DNA of 64,000 nucleotides from an uncultured Oscillospiraceae bacterium (GTDB lineage Bacteria > Bacillota > Clostridia > Oscillospirales > Oscillospiraceae): the NCBI GenBank assembly GCA_944383165.1, contig CALWON010000005.1, positions 47-64,046 on the forward strand, read 5' to 3'. How positions within the stretch are numbered: the first letter of the stretch is position 1; each line of letters begins with the position of its first letter. A program made the translations under genes and the position numbers. The notes beneath the pieces were generated by a model. The model saw nothing but the letters and a program-made list of their open reading frames with translations, did no database searches and was not told the DNA's origin. This document shows positions 1-11,300 of this stretch, piece after piece.

Positions 1-151
1 CCACAGCAGGAGATGCAGGTGCACCAATATGCTGCCCCATAGACAGGACAATCTTAGACGGAAGCGGCATGACTACCGTCTCAAGGTTGGATGTTCTTTT
101 GGTGTGAGGAACCTCAGCACCCTGCGCAGAACGTTTGAGAAACTTACCCAT
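1..151 (-). CDS. rnfC: 5' end of Rnf electron transport complex subunit C (partial, runs off the window; not in the ORF track)
   Basis: Manual translation from ATG at 151 gives MGKFLKRSAQGAEVPHTKRTSNLETVVMPLPSKIVLSMGQHIGAPASPAV, containing the RnfC N-terminal QHIGAP motif. A GGAGGT RBS lies upstream. PrdC-type paralogues share the motif. Confidence 0.75.
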   Translation of the reverse strand, partial: MGKFLKRSAQGAEVPHTKRTSNLETVVMPLPSKIVLSMGQHIGAPASPAV

Positions 152-667
152 TCAGATTTCAACCTCCCTATTACTTGCAATCGCTGGGATTATTCCGCTC
201 TCTAGCTCACATTGCATGACCCGATTTGGTCACTTCGTTTTTCAGCCCTCCCTACACACATGCGATGTTTTTATTGTATCCATGCCACAATTGACAGGAC
301 AAAGCCCGACGATTTCTCATCTGTTCCCATTTGAGATATCGTCGGAATCGACTGGGGATATTGTTGGTGTACCAAAGAACACGGCGGCTACGCTGTGCAA
401 CCAGGCAACCTCCCCTTTCTCCCTCCCTGATTCCCCCATCAGCGAATGGATACACCCTATGACAACGCAGCACCTACAGATTGCTTCAAGACCATCAAAC
501 CCTGTTGTCCGTCAAAAAACAACTTGTCCATGCTTCGCTCATTGTCTTACATCATACACCTTTTTTTATAAAAATGCAACTATTGTTTTCAGAAATTGCA
601 GTAAAACTTCCTGTTTTTTTGTGATATCAACAGGAATTATTTTATATCATTGTAATTTTACACAAAG

Positions 668-711
668 ATAGCTGCTTTTCACAGAAAGAAAACCGTAAAA
701 AGCAGCTATTT
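668..711 (-). terminator. Intrinsic terminator downstream of the SLH gene
   Basis: Inverted repeat atagctgctttt ... aaaagcagctat with A/T tails. Confidence 0.7.
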
Positions 712-758
712 TTATTCAATAGGACTGTGTTTTTCCCCACCTGTTATACACACAGTAC

Positions 759-1850
759 TCACTGCCCTGCCCGTATCCTCTCTTCAAATCGCATTAAAAT
801 ATCGGCCACTTCTGCACGGGTTGCCGCATCATTGGGGCGCAGCGTTCCATACTCCAATCCACTGATTAGTCCATTTGCAGCTGCCCAAGCCACTGCCTCC
901 TTGGCCCAATCTGCCACTTCTGCGCCATCTTGATAAGCCTGCAAATCGGCTGCACCAGTCAGTGTAAGTTTCAAATAATTCCGGGCAAAGCTATGGAGCA
1001 TCACCAAAATTTGCTGTCTGGTCACCGCCTGCTCAGGCGCAAACAAATTGTCCCCCATACCTGCCGTCACGCCCTGCACATAACCCCATCTAACAAAGTC
1101 ATAGTACCAGCTTCCCTCTTTCACATCCTGAAAGGAAGCCTGTGCCTGACTCATTTCCTGTTCCGGTGAACCTGCCAGACGATAAAATACGGTCACTACC
1201 ATAGCACGGTTCATGGTCAACCCTGGTGCAAAGGAATCTGTACTGACACCAGAAAAGAGCTGTTTGCTATAGACATAGTCCACGGCTGGTTCATACCAAT
1301 CAGAAGCGGATACATCTACAAAGGGATGCCCTGTGCCTTCCCCCTTCTGTGTCTGATAAGGTCCTTCCACTGCCAAATAGGCTGCACCAGAGTCTACAAC
1401 CGCTGTGCCACTTGTATTTTCTGCCACAAGATAGCGGTGTCCCTGCTCCAGTACACTGACGCTTGGAATCTCCTCTCCTGTAGTCACATCAATCACAGAG
1501 CCTGTATGGGACAGGGAAACCACACCAGCCCCCATCAGAAAACTACTTCCCTGCCCCAACATAAACTGGTCCCCTTGCCTGACCATTTGCATCTGGAGCC
1601 CAGTGCTACCCTGTTCTATCGGTTCCTGCCCTGAATCAGCCTGTATTTTGGACGCGGCATCTTCATAAGCTTCCTTCAATGCCTGTGAAACGGTCTGCTC
1701 CATTTCTGTTTGTATGGAGCCCTGAATGGTATTCTTCCAATATTCCAATGAAATCAGGCTATCCCCTGTACTATATGCCACAATCCCCACCACAAGGGTT
1801 GCAGAAACTAAAATACCTGCCAGGATCCCTTTTCTACTATGTTGTTTCAT
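759..1850 (-). CDS. S-layer homology (SLH) domain protein with N-terminal membrane anchor/signal and an unknown central domain
   Basis: Hydrophobic N-terminus (ILAGILVSATLVVGIVA). C-terminal SLH repeats (FVDVSASDWY, FAPGLTMNRAMVV, FAPEQAVTRQQI, LRPNDAATRAEVA). Confidence 0.85.
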   Translation of the reverse strand: MKQHSRKGILAGILVSATLVVGIVAYSTGDSLISLEYWKNTIQGSIQTEMEQTVSQALKEAYEDAASKIQADSGQEPIEQGSTGLQMQMVRQGDQFMLGQGSSFLMGAGVVSLSHTGSVIDVTTGEEIPSVSVLEQGHRYLVAENTSGTAVVDSGAAYLAVEGPYQTQKGEGTGHPFVDVSASDWYEPAVDYVYSKQLFSGVSTDSFAPGLTMNRAMVVTVFYRLAGSPEQEMSQAQASFQDVKEGSWYYDFVRWGYVQGVTAGMGDNLFAPEQAVTRQQILVMLHSFARNYLKLTLTGAADLQAYQDGAEVADWAKEAVAWAAANGLISGLEYGTLRPNDAATRAEVADILMRFEERIRAGQ

Positions 1851-2500
1851 ACTGTCTCCTCTTGTGCTTCTCGTTGGGAAATCATGTAACTCAATGCCAA
1901 CAGGCTGTCAGAAAAATGGACATTCTCAACCACCACATCTGAATCTGGAAAGGAAATCTCCGAATTGGTAAAATTCCAAATCCCTTTTACACCAGAGGAT
2001 ACCAGCCGCTCCCCCATACACTGTGCCACAGAAATTGGCACAGTCAGCAGACCTACACTCACAGGATGCTCTGCCAGAAATGCTTCCAGCTGATCCGCAT
2101 GGTAAACTGGAATCCCTGTAATGGTGCTTCCCACCATTTTTTCCTGCACATCAAAGGCGGCCAGCAGCTCAAAGCCATTGCTAGAAAAGCGGAAATTTTC
2201 AATCAGAGCACGCCCCAGATTACCAGCCCCCACCACAACGACGGTGTGCCCCCGGTTAATTCCCAGAATTTCTCCAATTTCCTCTTTCAGGCTATCTACT
2301 TTATAGCCATAGCCTTGCTGCCCAAATCCGCCAAAACAAAACAGATCCTGCCGTATCTGGGAAGCGGTCAACCCCATAGACTTTCCCAATGCGCTGGAAG
2401 AAATCCGTACTACTCCCTTCCTTTGTAGTTCTGCCAGATGTCTATAGTACCGTGGTAGCCGCCGTATCACCGCCGTTGAAACCCTACTATTGCGCTTCAT
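1847..2500 (-). CDS. rex: Redox-sensing transcriptional repressor Rex
   Basis: IRRLPRYYR N-terminus, SQIRQDL-x-FGGFGQQGYGY winged helix, Rossmann VVVVGAGNLGRAL, and GIWNFT. Confidence 0.97.
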   Translation of the reverse strand: MKRNSRVSTAVIRRLPRYYRHLAELQRKGVVRISSSALGKSMGLTASQIRQDLFCFGGFGQQGYGYKVDSLKEEIGEILGINRGHTVVVVGAGNLGRALIENFRFSSNGFELLAAFDVQEKMVGSTITGIPVYHADQLEAFLAEHPVSVGLLTVPISVAQCMGERLVSSGVKGIWNFTNSEISFPDSDVVVENVHFSDSLLALSYMISQREAQEETV

Positions 2501-2567
2501 GTCTCGTGCTCCTATCTATTTGTGTCCCAGTCTTTCAAAGAAACGGAACCCTACGCTTTTTCTCTAT

Positions 2568-2596
2568 AGTTTACATGATTCCTGCTACCATGTCAA
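2568..2596 (-). promoter_or_regulatory. Sigma-A promoter of rex
   Basis: TTGACA-17 bp-TAAACT with TG immediately upstream of the -10. Confidence 0.7.
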
Positions 2597-2617
2597 ATCC
2601 TGTCCCAACCTTTCCTT

Positions 2618-3340
2618 TTACATCATCCTTACAATCTCTTTTTTTAATCGTGCAATAATCCGCTTTTCCAGCCTGGAAATATAGGACTGCGAAATCCCCA
2701 TTTCATCTGCTACCTCTTTTTGTGTCCGTTCTTTTCGTCCATCCAATCCAAATCTCAGTGTCATAATTTTTTTCTCCCGCTGGTCCAACCGCTCTAACGC
2801 CTGCCATAAAAGTTGCCGGTCTACATCTGCTTCAATGGGGCGCATGACCACATCCCCATCTGTCCCCAATACATCTGAGAGCAATAGCTCATTCCCATCC
2901 CAGTCTGTATTCAGTGGCTCATCAAAGGACAACTCCGTTTTCTGCGACGCTACTTTTCTCAGGTGCATTAAAATTTCATTTTCAATACATCGAGAGGCGT
3001 AGGTGGCCAATTTGATCCCTTTTGCTGGTTGGTAAGTTCCCACCGCTTTGATCAGCCCAATGGTCCCAATGGAAATCAAATCCTCCAGATTTACCCCTGT
3101 ATTTTCAAACCTCCTTGCAATGTACACAACCAGACGCAGATTATGTTCGATAAGTATCTTTCTTGCCTCTTCATCCCCCTGCACCATTCTCTCGATCATC
3201 TCTCCCTCTTTTTCCCTCTCCAGAGGGGTTGGGAGTACCTCGCTCCCTCCTATGTACATAATTTTCCCTGGGCTTGTCAACCCAAGCCTATAAAGCAACG
3301 CCTCCCATATTGCTTGCCACCGTTTGAATATCCTGATCAT
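2618..3340 (-). CDS. sigE: Sporulation sigma factor sigma-E (pro-sigma-E)
   Basis: [75 protein letters not shown]. Has a pro-sequence and lies directly downstream of spoIIGA. Confidence 0.96.
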   Translation of the reverse strand: MIRIFKRWQAIWEALLYRLGLTSPGKIMYIGGSEVLPTPLEREKEGEMIERMVQGDEEARKILIEHNLRLVVYIARRFENTGVNLEDLISIGTIGLIKAVGTYQPAKGIKLATYASRCIENEILMHLRKVASQKTELSFDEPLNTDWDGNELLLSDVLGTDGDVVMRPIEADVDRQLLWQALERLDQREKKIMTLRFGLDGRKERTQKEVADEMGISQSYISRLEKRIIARLKKEIVRMM

Positions 3341-3354
3341 ACCATAGTTCCCCC

Positions 3355-4218
3355 TTACTTTGCCCCTATTAACAGGTGGTATGCGCCACCATCTGAAACT
3401 GGTGTTGGTGATAATGCCAATAACCGACCAGAATCCTGCTTTCCATCAATCAGCCATTTATCTACCCGCAATGCCAACAACATCCCACGTTCTATCCCAA
3501 CTGCCCGATAAGGGATTAATTGGAATCTTCTCTGCCACTCCGGTTCCTGTCCTAATTGTGCCAAAAACTCGGTTGGCTCTCCTGTCTCCTCCCATAATTG
3601 CCACAGTGTAGCAGGCAACAGTTCTTTGATGGCTTCTATATGTGCCACTGGAACAGCCTGCCCGGAAATGGGGTCTGTCAATGTGTTTCCAGTATCAACC
3701 AATGCTGTACGCTGAATTACCTTGTCTCCTATCCCAATCACTACCTGACAAAGTTGGTGCCCTCCCCCATGATGTGTTCCAAATCTGGCAAATACCACAC
3801 TAAGAACCACATAACAGCCAGCACCAGACAACAACACAATTTTTAAATCCATTTCAGAGTAAAGGACACCACTGCCCAATGCCAATGGAACGCCCCCCAA
3901 TAGCTCGATTGCATAGACACCCCCTCCAAATCCACATGCCACTGCAAAAAAAATCAGACACTGTCTCAACAGTCGGCTGCTCTCCCAAAATGCCAGCAGC
4001 ACCATCCAGATAGCAACTGCAAAACGGCAGGGTACGGCTGACAGAAATGACAGCTCAGGTATAAAAATAGCCACAGTATACAGACCACCCAGCACGGCTG
4101 CAATGGCAAAGCGGAGCCGTTTGAGAGGTTCTCCCGCTATTTTCGCTGATGTCAACAACAAAAAATAATCTATGATTGCATTGAGCAAAAATAAAGTATC
4201 TACATAGATCACCTGCAC
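3355..4218 (-). CDS. spoIIGA: Pro-sigma-E processing aspartic peptidase SpoIIGA
   Basis: [12 protein letters not shown]-terminus, several TM helices, [12 protein letters not shown] catalytic motif, LIPYRAVG. Confidence 0.95.
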   Translation of the reverse strand: MQVIYVDTLFLLNAIIDYFLLLTSAKIAGEPLKRLRFAIAAVLGGLYTVAIFIPELSFLSAVPCRFAVAIWMVLLAFWESSRLLRQCLIFFAVACGFGGGVYAIELLGGVPLALGSGVLYSEMDLKIVLLSGAGCYVVLSVVFARFGTHHGGGHQLCQVVIGIGDKVIQRTALVDTGNTLTDPISGQAVPVAHIEAIKELLPATLWQLWEETGEPTEFLAQLGQEPEWQRRFQLIPYRAVGIERGMLLALRVDKWLIDGKQDSGRLLALSPTPVSDGGAYHLLIGAK

Positions 4219-4305
4219 CCTGCTTCCCTCCCCTCACACCGCCTGATTATATTCCTCCCCTTTTACGAAAGCAGTCAGAACACGCTATCATTCAAAACCA
4301 TTAAA

Positions 4306-4349
4306 AAAAGATTGTATTTCATGCCTTTTTGCATGAAATACAATCTTTT
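4306..4349 (-). terminator. Intrinsic terminator ending the trmB...rnmV unit
   Basis: Long perfect inverted repeat aaaagattgtatttcatgc / gcatgaaatacaatctttt just after the rnmV stop. Confidence 0.8.
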
Positions 4350-4351
4350 CT

Positions 4352-4957
4352 TCAAGTTTTTTCAAGACCCAACAGTTCTTTTGCCTCCTGTGGCGTGTAG
4401 AAGGTGTTGAGCAAATCCAAAAGGGCGTTTGCACTCATATGTTCTGGTAACTGGAGTGCATGGAGGAACTGCACCCTTTTTTCATGGCTATTGGCTCCAC
4501 CCACCAGCCCAGCCAGATAGAGGTCTGTTTTACTCAGTGCCTGTCCTGCTGGATGCCTCTCCTGCGGTTCACCCAAGAAAGTTGCGCCTGCCCGTTTTAA
4601 AACCTGTTGGAGTATCTCTGGTGACATCCCTTCCACTCCAAGTTTTCCCTCTTTGCCGCCTTTGCGTTTCCGCTTTTCCTTGCCATATTGGTCTGGGATG
4701 TAGGCATGTTTTACATATTGTGGTGGTATCTCCCCCTTGATGCGATTGCGGATGACAAAACCAGCCCCATCTGAATCTGTTAATACTATAAGACCACGCT
4801 TTTGAGCAACCTGCCCCAATAATTTCATTTTGGGCTGATTCTTAAAAATACCAAACCCATCTGTCTCTAAAATCAAGGTATCTACCACCTGGGACAGGGC
4901 ATTTTTGTCATACCGCCCTTCCACCACAATGGCCTCCTGAATTTGAACCTTTACCAT
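4352..4957 (-). CDS. rnmV: Ribonuclease M5 (TOPRIM plus C-terminal DUF4093-type domain)
   Basis: IQEAIVVEGRYD, IVLTDSDGAGFVIR, GKLGVEG motifs. Confidence 0.9.
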   Translation of the reverse strand: MVKVQIQEAIVVEGRYDKNALSQVVDTLILETDGFGIFKNQPKMKLLGQVAQKRGLIVLTDSDGAGFVIRNRIKGEIPPQYVKHAYIPDQYGKEKRKRKGGKEGKLGVEGMSPEILQQVLKRAGATFLGEPQERHPAGQALSKTDLYLAGLVGGANSHEKRVQFLHALQLPEHMSANALLDLLNTFYTPQEAKELLGLEKT

Positions 4958-6009
4958 CTTGTCCCCCTTTTCTGCATTGGGGCTGCCAGTTCCAACAGCA
5001 ATTCTGTCAACAGCTCCTGGTTTTCTCGCCCCGTCGATTTCATGGCAAAGTCAGTCTGAGCACATCGCACCACACTACGACGGCACCACTCCACCCCAAA
5101 ACGGCGGGCAGCATAGAAAATACGCTCTGCCCGGAATGACTTTAAATCCCACAGTTCTGCCACATAGGTTGGATTTTTTCCACGCTCCAACGCCAATGCT
5201 GCACAGTAAATTTGCCGTAACTGTTTCCCCAAAGCAGCCAGTATCTTCATGGGCGGTTCTTGCATCTGATACAATTCCCCCAGGACAGCCGCTGCATGGT
5301 CAAATTTCCCCTCACCAATGGCATTGGTCATTTGATAAATCACAGCATCCAACTGCACTGTGACCACTGCTTCAATATCTCCTCTGGTAATCCTGGTCTG
5401 TTTGGCATAGGCTCCCACTTTCTCAATTTCACCAATGAGTGTGTGCATCAAATCGCCGCAGAGAAAAATCATCTCTCGAGCCAGTCCCTTGTCAATGTCC
5501 CGTCCCAGTGCCCGGAACCGTCGTTGCATCCATGCCACCAGATTCGCCTCATCGCTTCTGGCAAAGTCCACTAAAACACCACTTTTTTTCACTGTGGCTG
5601 CCAATTTTGTCCTTGCGTCCCACTTAAATGGCACTAAATCATAGAAGAAAACCAGACAACAGTAGTCAGGCAACTGACTCAATATGGTGCGGTATTGTTC
5701 CCTCTCTGCCTCTCTGGTTTGAAACAAATCAAAATCTGTCACCAAAATAAAGGTGCGTTCTGCCATCATTGGCAGGCAATCCACTACTTCCTCCAGCTTC
5801 TTTGGGGTTACCTCCTTTTCCTTTAAAACATGAAAATTGAAGGTCTCCATACCATTTGTCAGGATACCTGCTTTCAGTCGCCCCAGATAATATTCTTTTA
5901 AATAGCTCTCCTCACCATAGAAAAAATACAACTGGCGAATCGCTCCCTCAGACAGTTCCTTCTCCAACTGGCGAAAGTCCATTGCTTCCGTCTTCGCTTT
6001 GGCTGCCAA
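4951..6009 (-). CDS. holA: DNA polymerase III delta subunit
   Basis: LYFFYGEESYLKEYY, FNFHVL, LPMMAERT motifs; conserved position after comEC. Start placed at TTG 6009 behind an AGGAGGT RBS. Confidence 0.92.
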   Translation of the reverse strand: MAAKAKTEAMDFRQLEKELSEGAIRQLYFFYGEESYLKEYYLGRLKAGILTNGMETFNFHVLKEKEVTPKKLEEVVDCLPMMAERTFILVTDFDLFQTREAEREQYRTILSQLPDYCCLVFFYDLVPFKWDARTKLAATVKKSGVLVDFARSDEANLVAWMQRRFRALGRDIDKGLAREMIFLCGDLMHTLIGEIEKVGAYAKQTRITRGDIEAVVTVQLDAVIYQMTNAIGEGKFDHAAAVLGELYQMQEPPMKILAALGKQLRQIYCAALALERGKNPTYVAELWDLKSFRAERIFYAARRFGVEWCRRSVVRCAQTDFAMKSTGRENQELLTELLLELAAPMQKRGTRW

Positions 6010-8284
6010 AGGTTTCCACCTCCTGAATCTGTATTTGAATTTTGCCTGACTGATCTGTGCGAAGTACACCAGCCCCTATATCCTGGATCCGCTGCAAGGT
6101 CTCAGGGGCTGGATGCCCATAGCGGTTATTTTCTCCTACAGAAATCAACACAAGCTCTGGTTGCAACTGAGACAGCAGTTGTTGTGAGGTTGAGGTAGCG
6201 GAACCATGGTGCCCAGCCATCAACAATTCCACTTGTGAAACTGGTAACTGCTGCAATAACTCTTGTTCCCCTTCCTCGCTCATATCTCCTGTGAGTAACA
6301 AGTCTGTCTCACCCCATGAGACAAGACAGGATAAGCCCTGTTCATTCACATCCCCTGATTGGAACATAGGTGGAAACAGGGTGATACTACCATCCTCCAG
6401 TTGAAATTGTGTCTTGGTGTCTATCATACACTGGTCTACCCCTGTCAATGCACAAAGTCCCTCTATTTCACTTCTCAAACTGCTGTCCTCTTCCACATCA
6501 GCCAATGCAATGTGGTCCACTTGAATCTGTTTGAGTACCTGTTCAATTCCGTTGGCGTGGTCAGCGTGATAGTGGGTCAGTACCAGCAAATCCAACCTGG
6601 AAACACCAGCATTTTTCAGATATGCTACCGCTTTTTCACCTGCATCACGGTTCCCACCACAGTCAACCATACACAGAAAATTTCCCATTCGTACCAGAAC
6701 ACACTGTCCCTGCCCCACATCCAGCACTGTAACACTTGCCTCTCCCCACCAAAAACTCCATGCGGTCAGCAAAATGGAGAGGGACAGCATAAAAACAATT
6801 CCACCGATGGGTGCAATTGCCCTTTTTCTTCCCGGGATCAGCCATACACCTGCCAATATCAAATAGCTATACAGAAACCAGATGCAGTAGTATTCCCCCT
6901 CTAAGCTGAGGGAGGAAAAGGGCAATCCATCCAGCCATGTCACTGCCCCTTGGATGTAGTGAGCCAAAAACACAGTAGGAACTGCAATAAGCTGTGCCAA
7001 TGGGGCGAACACAAGCCCCATAAGCCCCAATACCAGCCCAATTTGAAACAGAAAATCCATCGCCCAAAGCACAATCAAATTGGAAAGCGGTGCAATAAGG
7101 GAAACCGATTGCATGTGAAACGCAATCAGTGGCAGTGTAAACACAGAGGCTCCCGCTGTTGATGCCAGTGTGGCAATCACCAGCTTTGGTATCAACTGTC
7201 TCCACCACAATATAGACCATCTTTTTGCTTTTTTCAAATGGAAACAGCCCTGTAACCCGTTGTATACCACATCACTGCACAACAAAATACCTGCCACTGC
7301 GGCAAAAGAGAGCTGCAAACCAATATGAAGGAGTGTATATGGATTCTGGAGCACCTGCAACCCCAGTGCAACTGCCATGGTCGTTAAGGAATCGCTCTCC
7401 CGGTTGACTAACGGTGCCAATTGGGTCAACAAAATCATAATGGTAGCCCTCACAACCGATGGTGTACAACCTGTCATAATTGTAAATATGATACAAATTG
7501 GAATCAACAGGATGGCGGTCAGCCTGCGATTACCTCCTAAGCAGAGGGATACCATTCCAGCCAAAAAAGCCAGGTGCATCCCTGACACCGCAACAGCATG
7601 GCTTAACCCTGTATGCTGCAATGCCAGATTGAGTTCCTCTGACAACAGGTCTGTATCCCCTGTCACAACTGCCACCGTGATGGGGCTGACAGTCTCAGGA
7701 AAAACCTGTACAATGGTATCCTTCAGTTCCTCTGCCCAGACTAGGGGCAACATCCAAAAAGGGATATGTCCGGGGGACTGGACGGTTAAATCCCCATAGA
7801 ATTTCCCGGTCAGTAAGATCCCCTGTGCACGTTGGTATGTTCCTGCTAGTTGACAGTGGGCAATCCCTGAGATTTCGTCGCCTGGCTGTAGTGTCTCCCC
7901 ACGCTCATCCATGGTCAACAGCATAGGGAGGCGTCTACCCTGCTCTGTGATACAAGTAACTGGTACCTGCCACATATCATAACTTGGTTCCGGAATTCCT
8001 GTTACAACTGCCTGAAGTTCTATGGTTGTATTGTCCAGCCCCTGTACTGGTTGGAATTGCATCTCCTGATGACACACCATAGAGAAAAATCCGATTACAA
8101 ACCCCACAGACACATATCGCAACACACAAGACATTTTTGCACTGCGCTTTCTCAACAGAACTCCTATCAAACCAATCCCAATGCTAACTCCACATAGTGG
8201 AAGCAGCATTGCAGTCAGTGGGAATACTATGGCTGCCAACACAGCTCCAACTACACCCACTGACAATATCCCCAGTTTTCGCAC
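5948..8284 (-). CDS. comEC: DNA internalization competence protein ComEC/Rec2 with C-terminal metallo-beta-lactamase domain
   Basis: GLSHAVAVSGMH, PSVVRA, GLQLSFAA competence-domain motifs. MBL motifs LDVGQG, THYHADH, LLTGD, GHHGS, SVGENNRYGHP. Confidence 0.95.
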   Translation of the reverse strand: MRKLGILSVGVVGAVLAAIVFPLTAMLLPLCGVSIGIGLIGVLLRKRSAKMSCVLRYVSVGFVIGFFSMVCHQEMQFQPVQGLDNTTIELQAVVTGIPEPSYDMWQVPVTCITEQGRRLPMLLTMDERGETLQPGDEISGIAHCQLAGTYQRAQGILLTGKFYGDLTVQSPGHIPFWMLPLVWAEELKDTIVQVFPETVSPITVAVVTGDTDLLSEELNLALQHTGLSHAVAVSGMHLAFLAGMVSLCLGGNRRLTAILLIPICIIFTIMTGCTPSVVRATIMILLTQLAPLVNRESDSLTTMAVALGLQVLQNPYTLLHIGLQLSFAAVAGILLCSDVVYNGLQGCFHLKKAKRWSILWWRQLIPKLVIATLASTAGASVFTLPLIAFHMQSVSLIAPLSNLIVLWAMDFLFQIGLVLGLMGLVFAPLAQLIAVPTVFLAHYIQGAVTWLDGLPFSSLSLEGEYYCIWFLYSYLILAGVWLIPGRKRAIAPIGGIVFMLSLSILLTAWSFWWGEASVTVLDVGQGQCVLVRMGNFLCMVDCGGNRDAGEKAVAYLKNAGVSRLDLLVLTHYHADHANGIEQVLKQIQVDHIALADVEEDSSLRSEIEGLCALTGVDQCMIDTKTQFQLEDGSITLFPPMFQSGDVNEQGLSCLVSWGETDLLLTGDMSEEGEQELLQQLPVSQVELLMAGHHGSATSTSQQLLSQLQPELVLISVGENNRYGHPAPETLQRIQDIGAGVLRTDQSGKIQIQIQEVETFGSQSEDGSNGLSPVGEGTV

Positions 8285-8332
8285 TTGGTTTTCTCCCCTT
8301 CAAACAAATGGTGCCTTCCCTTTACTTTCTAT

Positions 8333-11300
8333 CTACAACTCTATCTTCTCAAATGGTGCCAGAACGGCTCTGGACCCCGCTTTTACAATGGAATAGGTCA
8401 CATCACAGTAGGGATAAATAGAACTACATTTTTCAACGGTGGAAATCAACACCAACTGTAGACCCAATTTATGAAACATCTGCATCATGGGTTCAATACG
8501 GTCACTAGTCATGTTGTTGAACGCCTCATCCAACAATACCAGTCGAATGCTGTTTGGGCTATGGCGATAGATTTGCAACAGAGAGGCACAAATTGCCACA
8601 TAGAAGGGAGCTTGATTTTCACCACCACTGCTATCTCCACTGACCTGAGAAAGTGGAACTTTCAGACCTGTTACCACATTTTCCACCTGAATATCATACT
8701 CCAAATAGGTACGGTAGTCCACATAACGGGATAGTTGCTCACTGACTGGCTTTTCTCCTGTGGCTCGTTCCTGTGCTGCCTGATTGATGTCTGCCATAAT
8801 CCGCTCCATCAGCTCATCTACCTGTGCCTCATAGGCTGGCTGGCTCATGGCTTCTCTTGTAAAAAAGCTGTCTGATTCGGTAATCTGCACATTGGCTTCA
8901 TCCAAAATCATATGGTAAAAATTTCTAAGTTGTGTATCTTGTGGCTCTGACAGGGAAAAGTGATACCGCTCCTCTCCATAGGTCAATTGGGTCATCACAC
9001 GATCCAGTGCCCGGAATTGCAGCTTTGCATTTTGAATGTCATCCTTCATACGGAACAGAATTTCTTTCCGAAACCGCTCCTTACATCTCAGTTTTGCCTC
9101 CTGTAAGTTCTCAATAGACCGCTCCAGTTCAATATGTACCAGTTCATTGTACGCCTTGCGGTATTCCTCCAACCCATTCAACCCCAATGGATAGTCCATC
9201 ACATAGTTTTGATTGTACTCCTGTTGCTTGGGTTGTAATTTTTGATAAAGTGCCTCCTGGAGCAATCCTGCTGTTTCGCTGCGCACTCTGCCACAGGTGC
9301 GCTCCCGCTCCTCCGGTTTACAATCCTGCAATAGTTTACCATATTGCTGTATGACTGCTTCTATCAGCTCAGGGTGTATCTGTTCAAACCGCTGCTTCTC
9401 CCCATAAATCACATCCAGCTCCTGTAGATTGCGTTCTATGTTCTTCTGTGTGTTTTCCATCCCTTTTTCATAGACCCAGATTTGTTTCTTTAACTCATCC
9501 AGTGCTGAATCCACTTCCTCACATGCTTCCTGGCAGTTTTTCACCCGATCAAATAACCCAGCTAACAGAGGATTGGTCTCATAATCCCTGATTTTTTCTG
9601 TTACTTGGGAAAGTTTTGTCTGTGCCTGTCCTAGCTGATGGAACACATCCAGATTTTGTTTTAGAGTAAGCAGATGGCGTCCATAGATAAACTGCGAAAG
9701 GGTCTGGGCACACAGCCCATACTTTGTGCCCTGTTCCTCCAACACTTTCAGCTGTTCCATCTGTTCTGCAATCAGTTCCTGTAATTGCTCCTGTCGCTCT
9801 CTGCGTGCATCGGAACCAATGCACCGGATGGGCTGTTTCATTCTTTGCAATCGGTAGCCTTGATGGCGCAACAAATCTCGACTGACACTGTTTCTGTACT
9901 GCTCAAGTTGCTCTATCTGCTCACAGCAGATAATGTCATGTAATAAATAATTGATATATTGCTTTGCGTATCTATTCTCACTGCCAACCTTCGCAGCCAA
10001 CATCTCTTTTTGTGGTGGTTCCCACTGTTTGCTGTCCTGCTCTAAGACTACTGTATTGACAAGGGCAATATCCTCTACCTGTTCCCCCAACTGTGCAAAT
10101 ACCTGTTTTGCCATTGGATAGTGTTTGGGGGACACCAGCACATCAAACCGTCTGCGCCCCAAGGCTGCCTCTGCACAATCCTGCCATTCCTCATCTTCCA
10201 TATAGAGCAATTCACATAAAATTTTGGCATCCTGTTCCAGTCCCTGTTTTTCCAGTTCCCCATTGATTTTTCTACGCAACAGTTCTGCCGGTGGTGGAAA
10301 TACCATTTTGCCCTTTTTCAGCTCGTTTAACTCCTGCACATGGTTTTTTCGTTCCTCTTGCAGTTGCTCCCGCTTGCGGCGAAGCTGGTAGCTCTCCTCA
10401 TCCAGAACTTCCTCCAGCCTATGCAACTTTTCCTCCACCTCTACCAGAGCAGATAGCTGCTGTTCCTGACCCTGTTCCAGCAAGTATTCCTTTTGTAGCA
10501 CTGGAGTATCATCTAGGTTCAGCGTGTCCAACTGTCCCAATAACTGTTCCAGTTCTGTCATACTCCGATTCCAGTTCTCATACCGCTTTTGCTGTCTGTC
10601 TAGTTCCTGCTGGCATTGTGCCTGCTCCTGTTGATAAAACACAGCCGCCTGCACCTGTGGGTCATCATCCCGTTCCCGTTCTGCCTGTCTGAGTGCCTCC
10701 TGTGTCTGTTTTTTCCGCTCCTCCAGCCGTTGGCGTTCTGGTACAAGGTTAGAAAGCTCCTGCTTTGCCTGTATCAACTCCTGTTGACACTGTTTACCCT
10801 TGCGCTGTTCCTGCTCCAGTCGCAGACGAATCAACATACCATCATAAATCCAAACCTGATTTTGGAGTTCTTGGGTACGATTTCCCTGTTCTACCACCTC
10901 TCCCAGCAACTTTTCTCTGGTTTTGGCTTCTAACAGTGTTTCCTCTAACCGCTCCAATTCTCTCATATCACTTTGTAAATCTTCTACCTTAATCTCTGGT
11001 TCAGGCAGAATATAGGCATAGATAAAACTGCGAATATCCTGAATTTCTTTGAGAGAGGTACCCATGTGAAATACTTCATTGAACTTCTTTCCCAGACTGG
11101 ATTCTGCATCTCCTATTCCAAGAGAACGACAGATATAATTGCGTGCGTCCCGCTGGGTGGCTGGATTTCGGATTCCATCACAGGAATTTTTAAATACCTC
11201 TTTTGTAGTTGGACGGCGGTCTGCATCCAAAAACTGCAAATCCTCCAACCGTATCCCATGTCTGGTGAGAAACCAGTCCTGTGCCACCTGTTTCAGTTCC

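Noticed and set aside
273-665. Rex operators upstream of rnfC (ATTGT-n9-ACAAT at about 273-291; TGTAA-TT-TTACA at about 651-662)
   Set aside because: Arm spacing does not fit the 18-bp TTGTGAA-n4-TTCACAA Rex consensus.
4240-4290. Spo0A box near the spoIIGA promoter (TTCGTAA upstream of TATAAT)
   Set aside because: A single one-mismatch heptamer; plausible from context but too weak to call.
4352-4957. TOPRIM gene downstream of jetABC as a possible JetD substitute
   Set aside because: Its motifs (VEGRYD, TDSDGAG, KLGVEG) and size are those of canonical RNase M5; it lacks the JetD architecture and is separated from jetC by comEC and holA.
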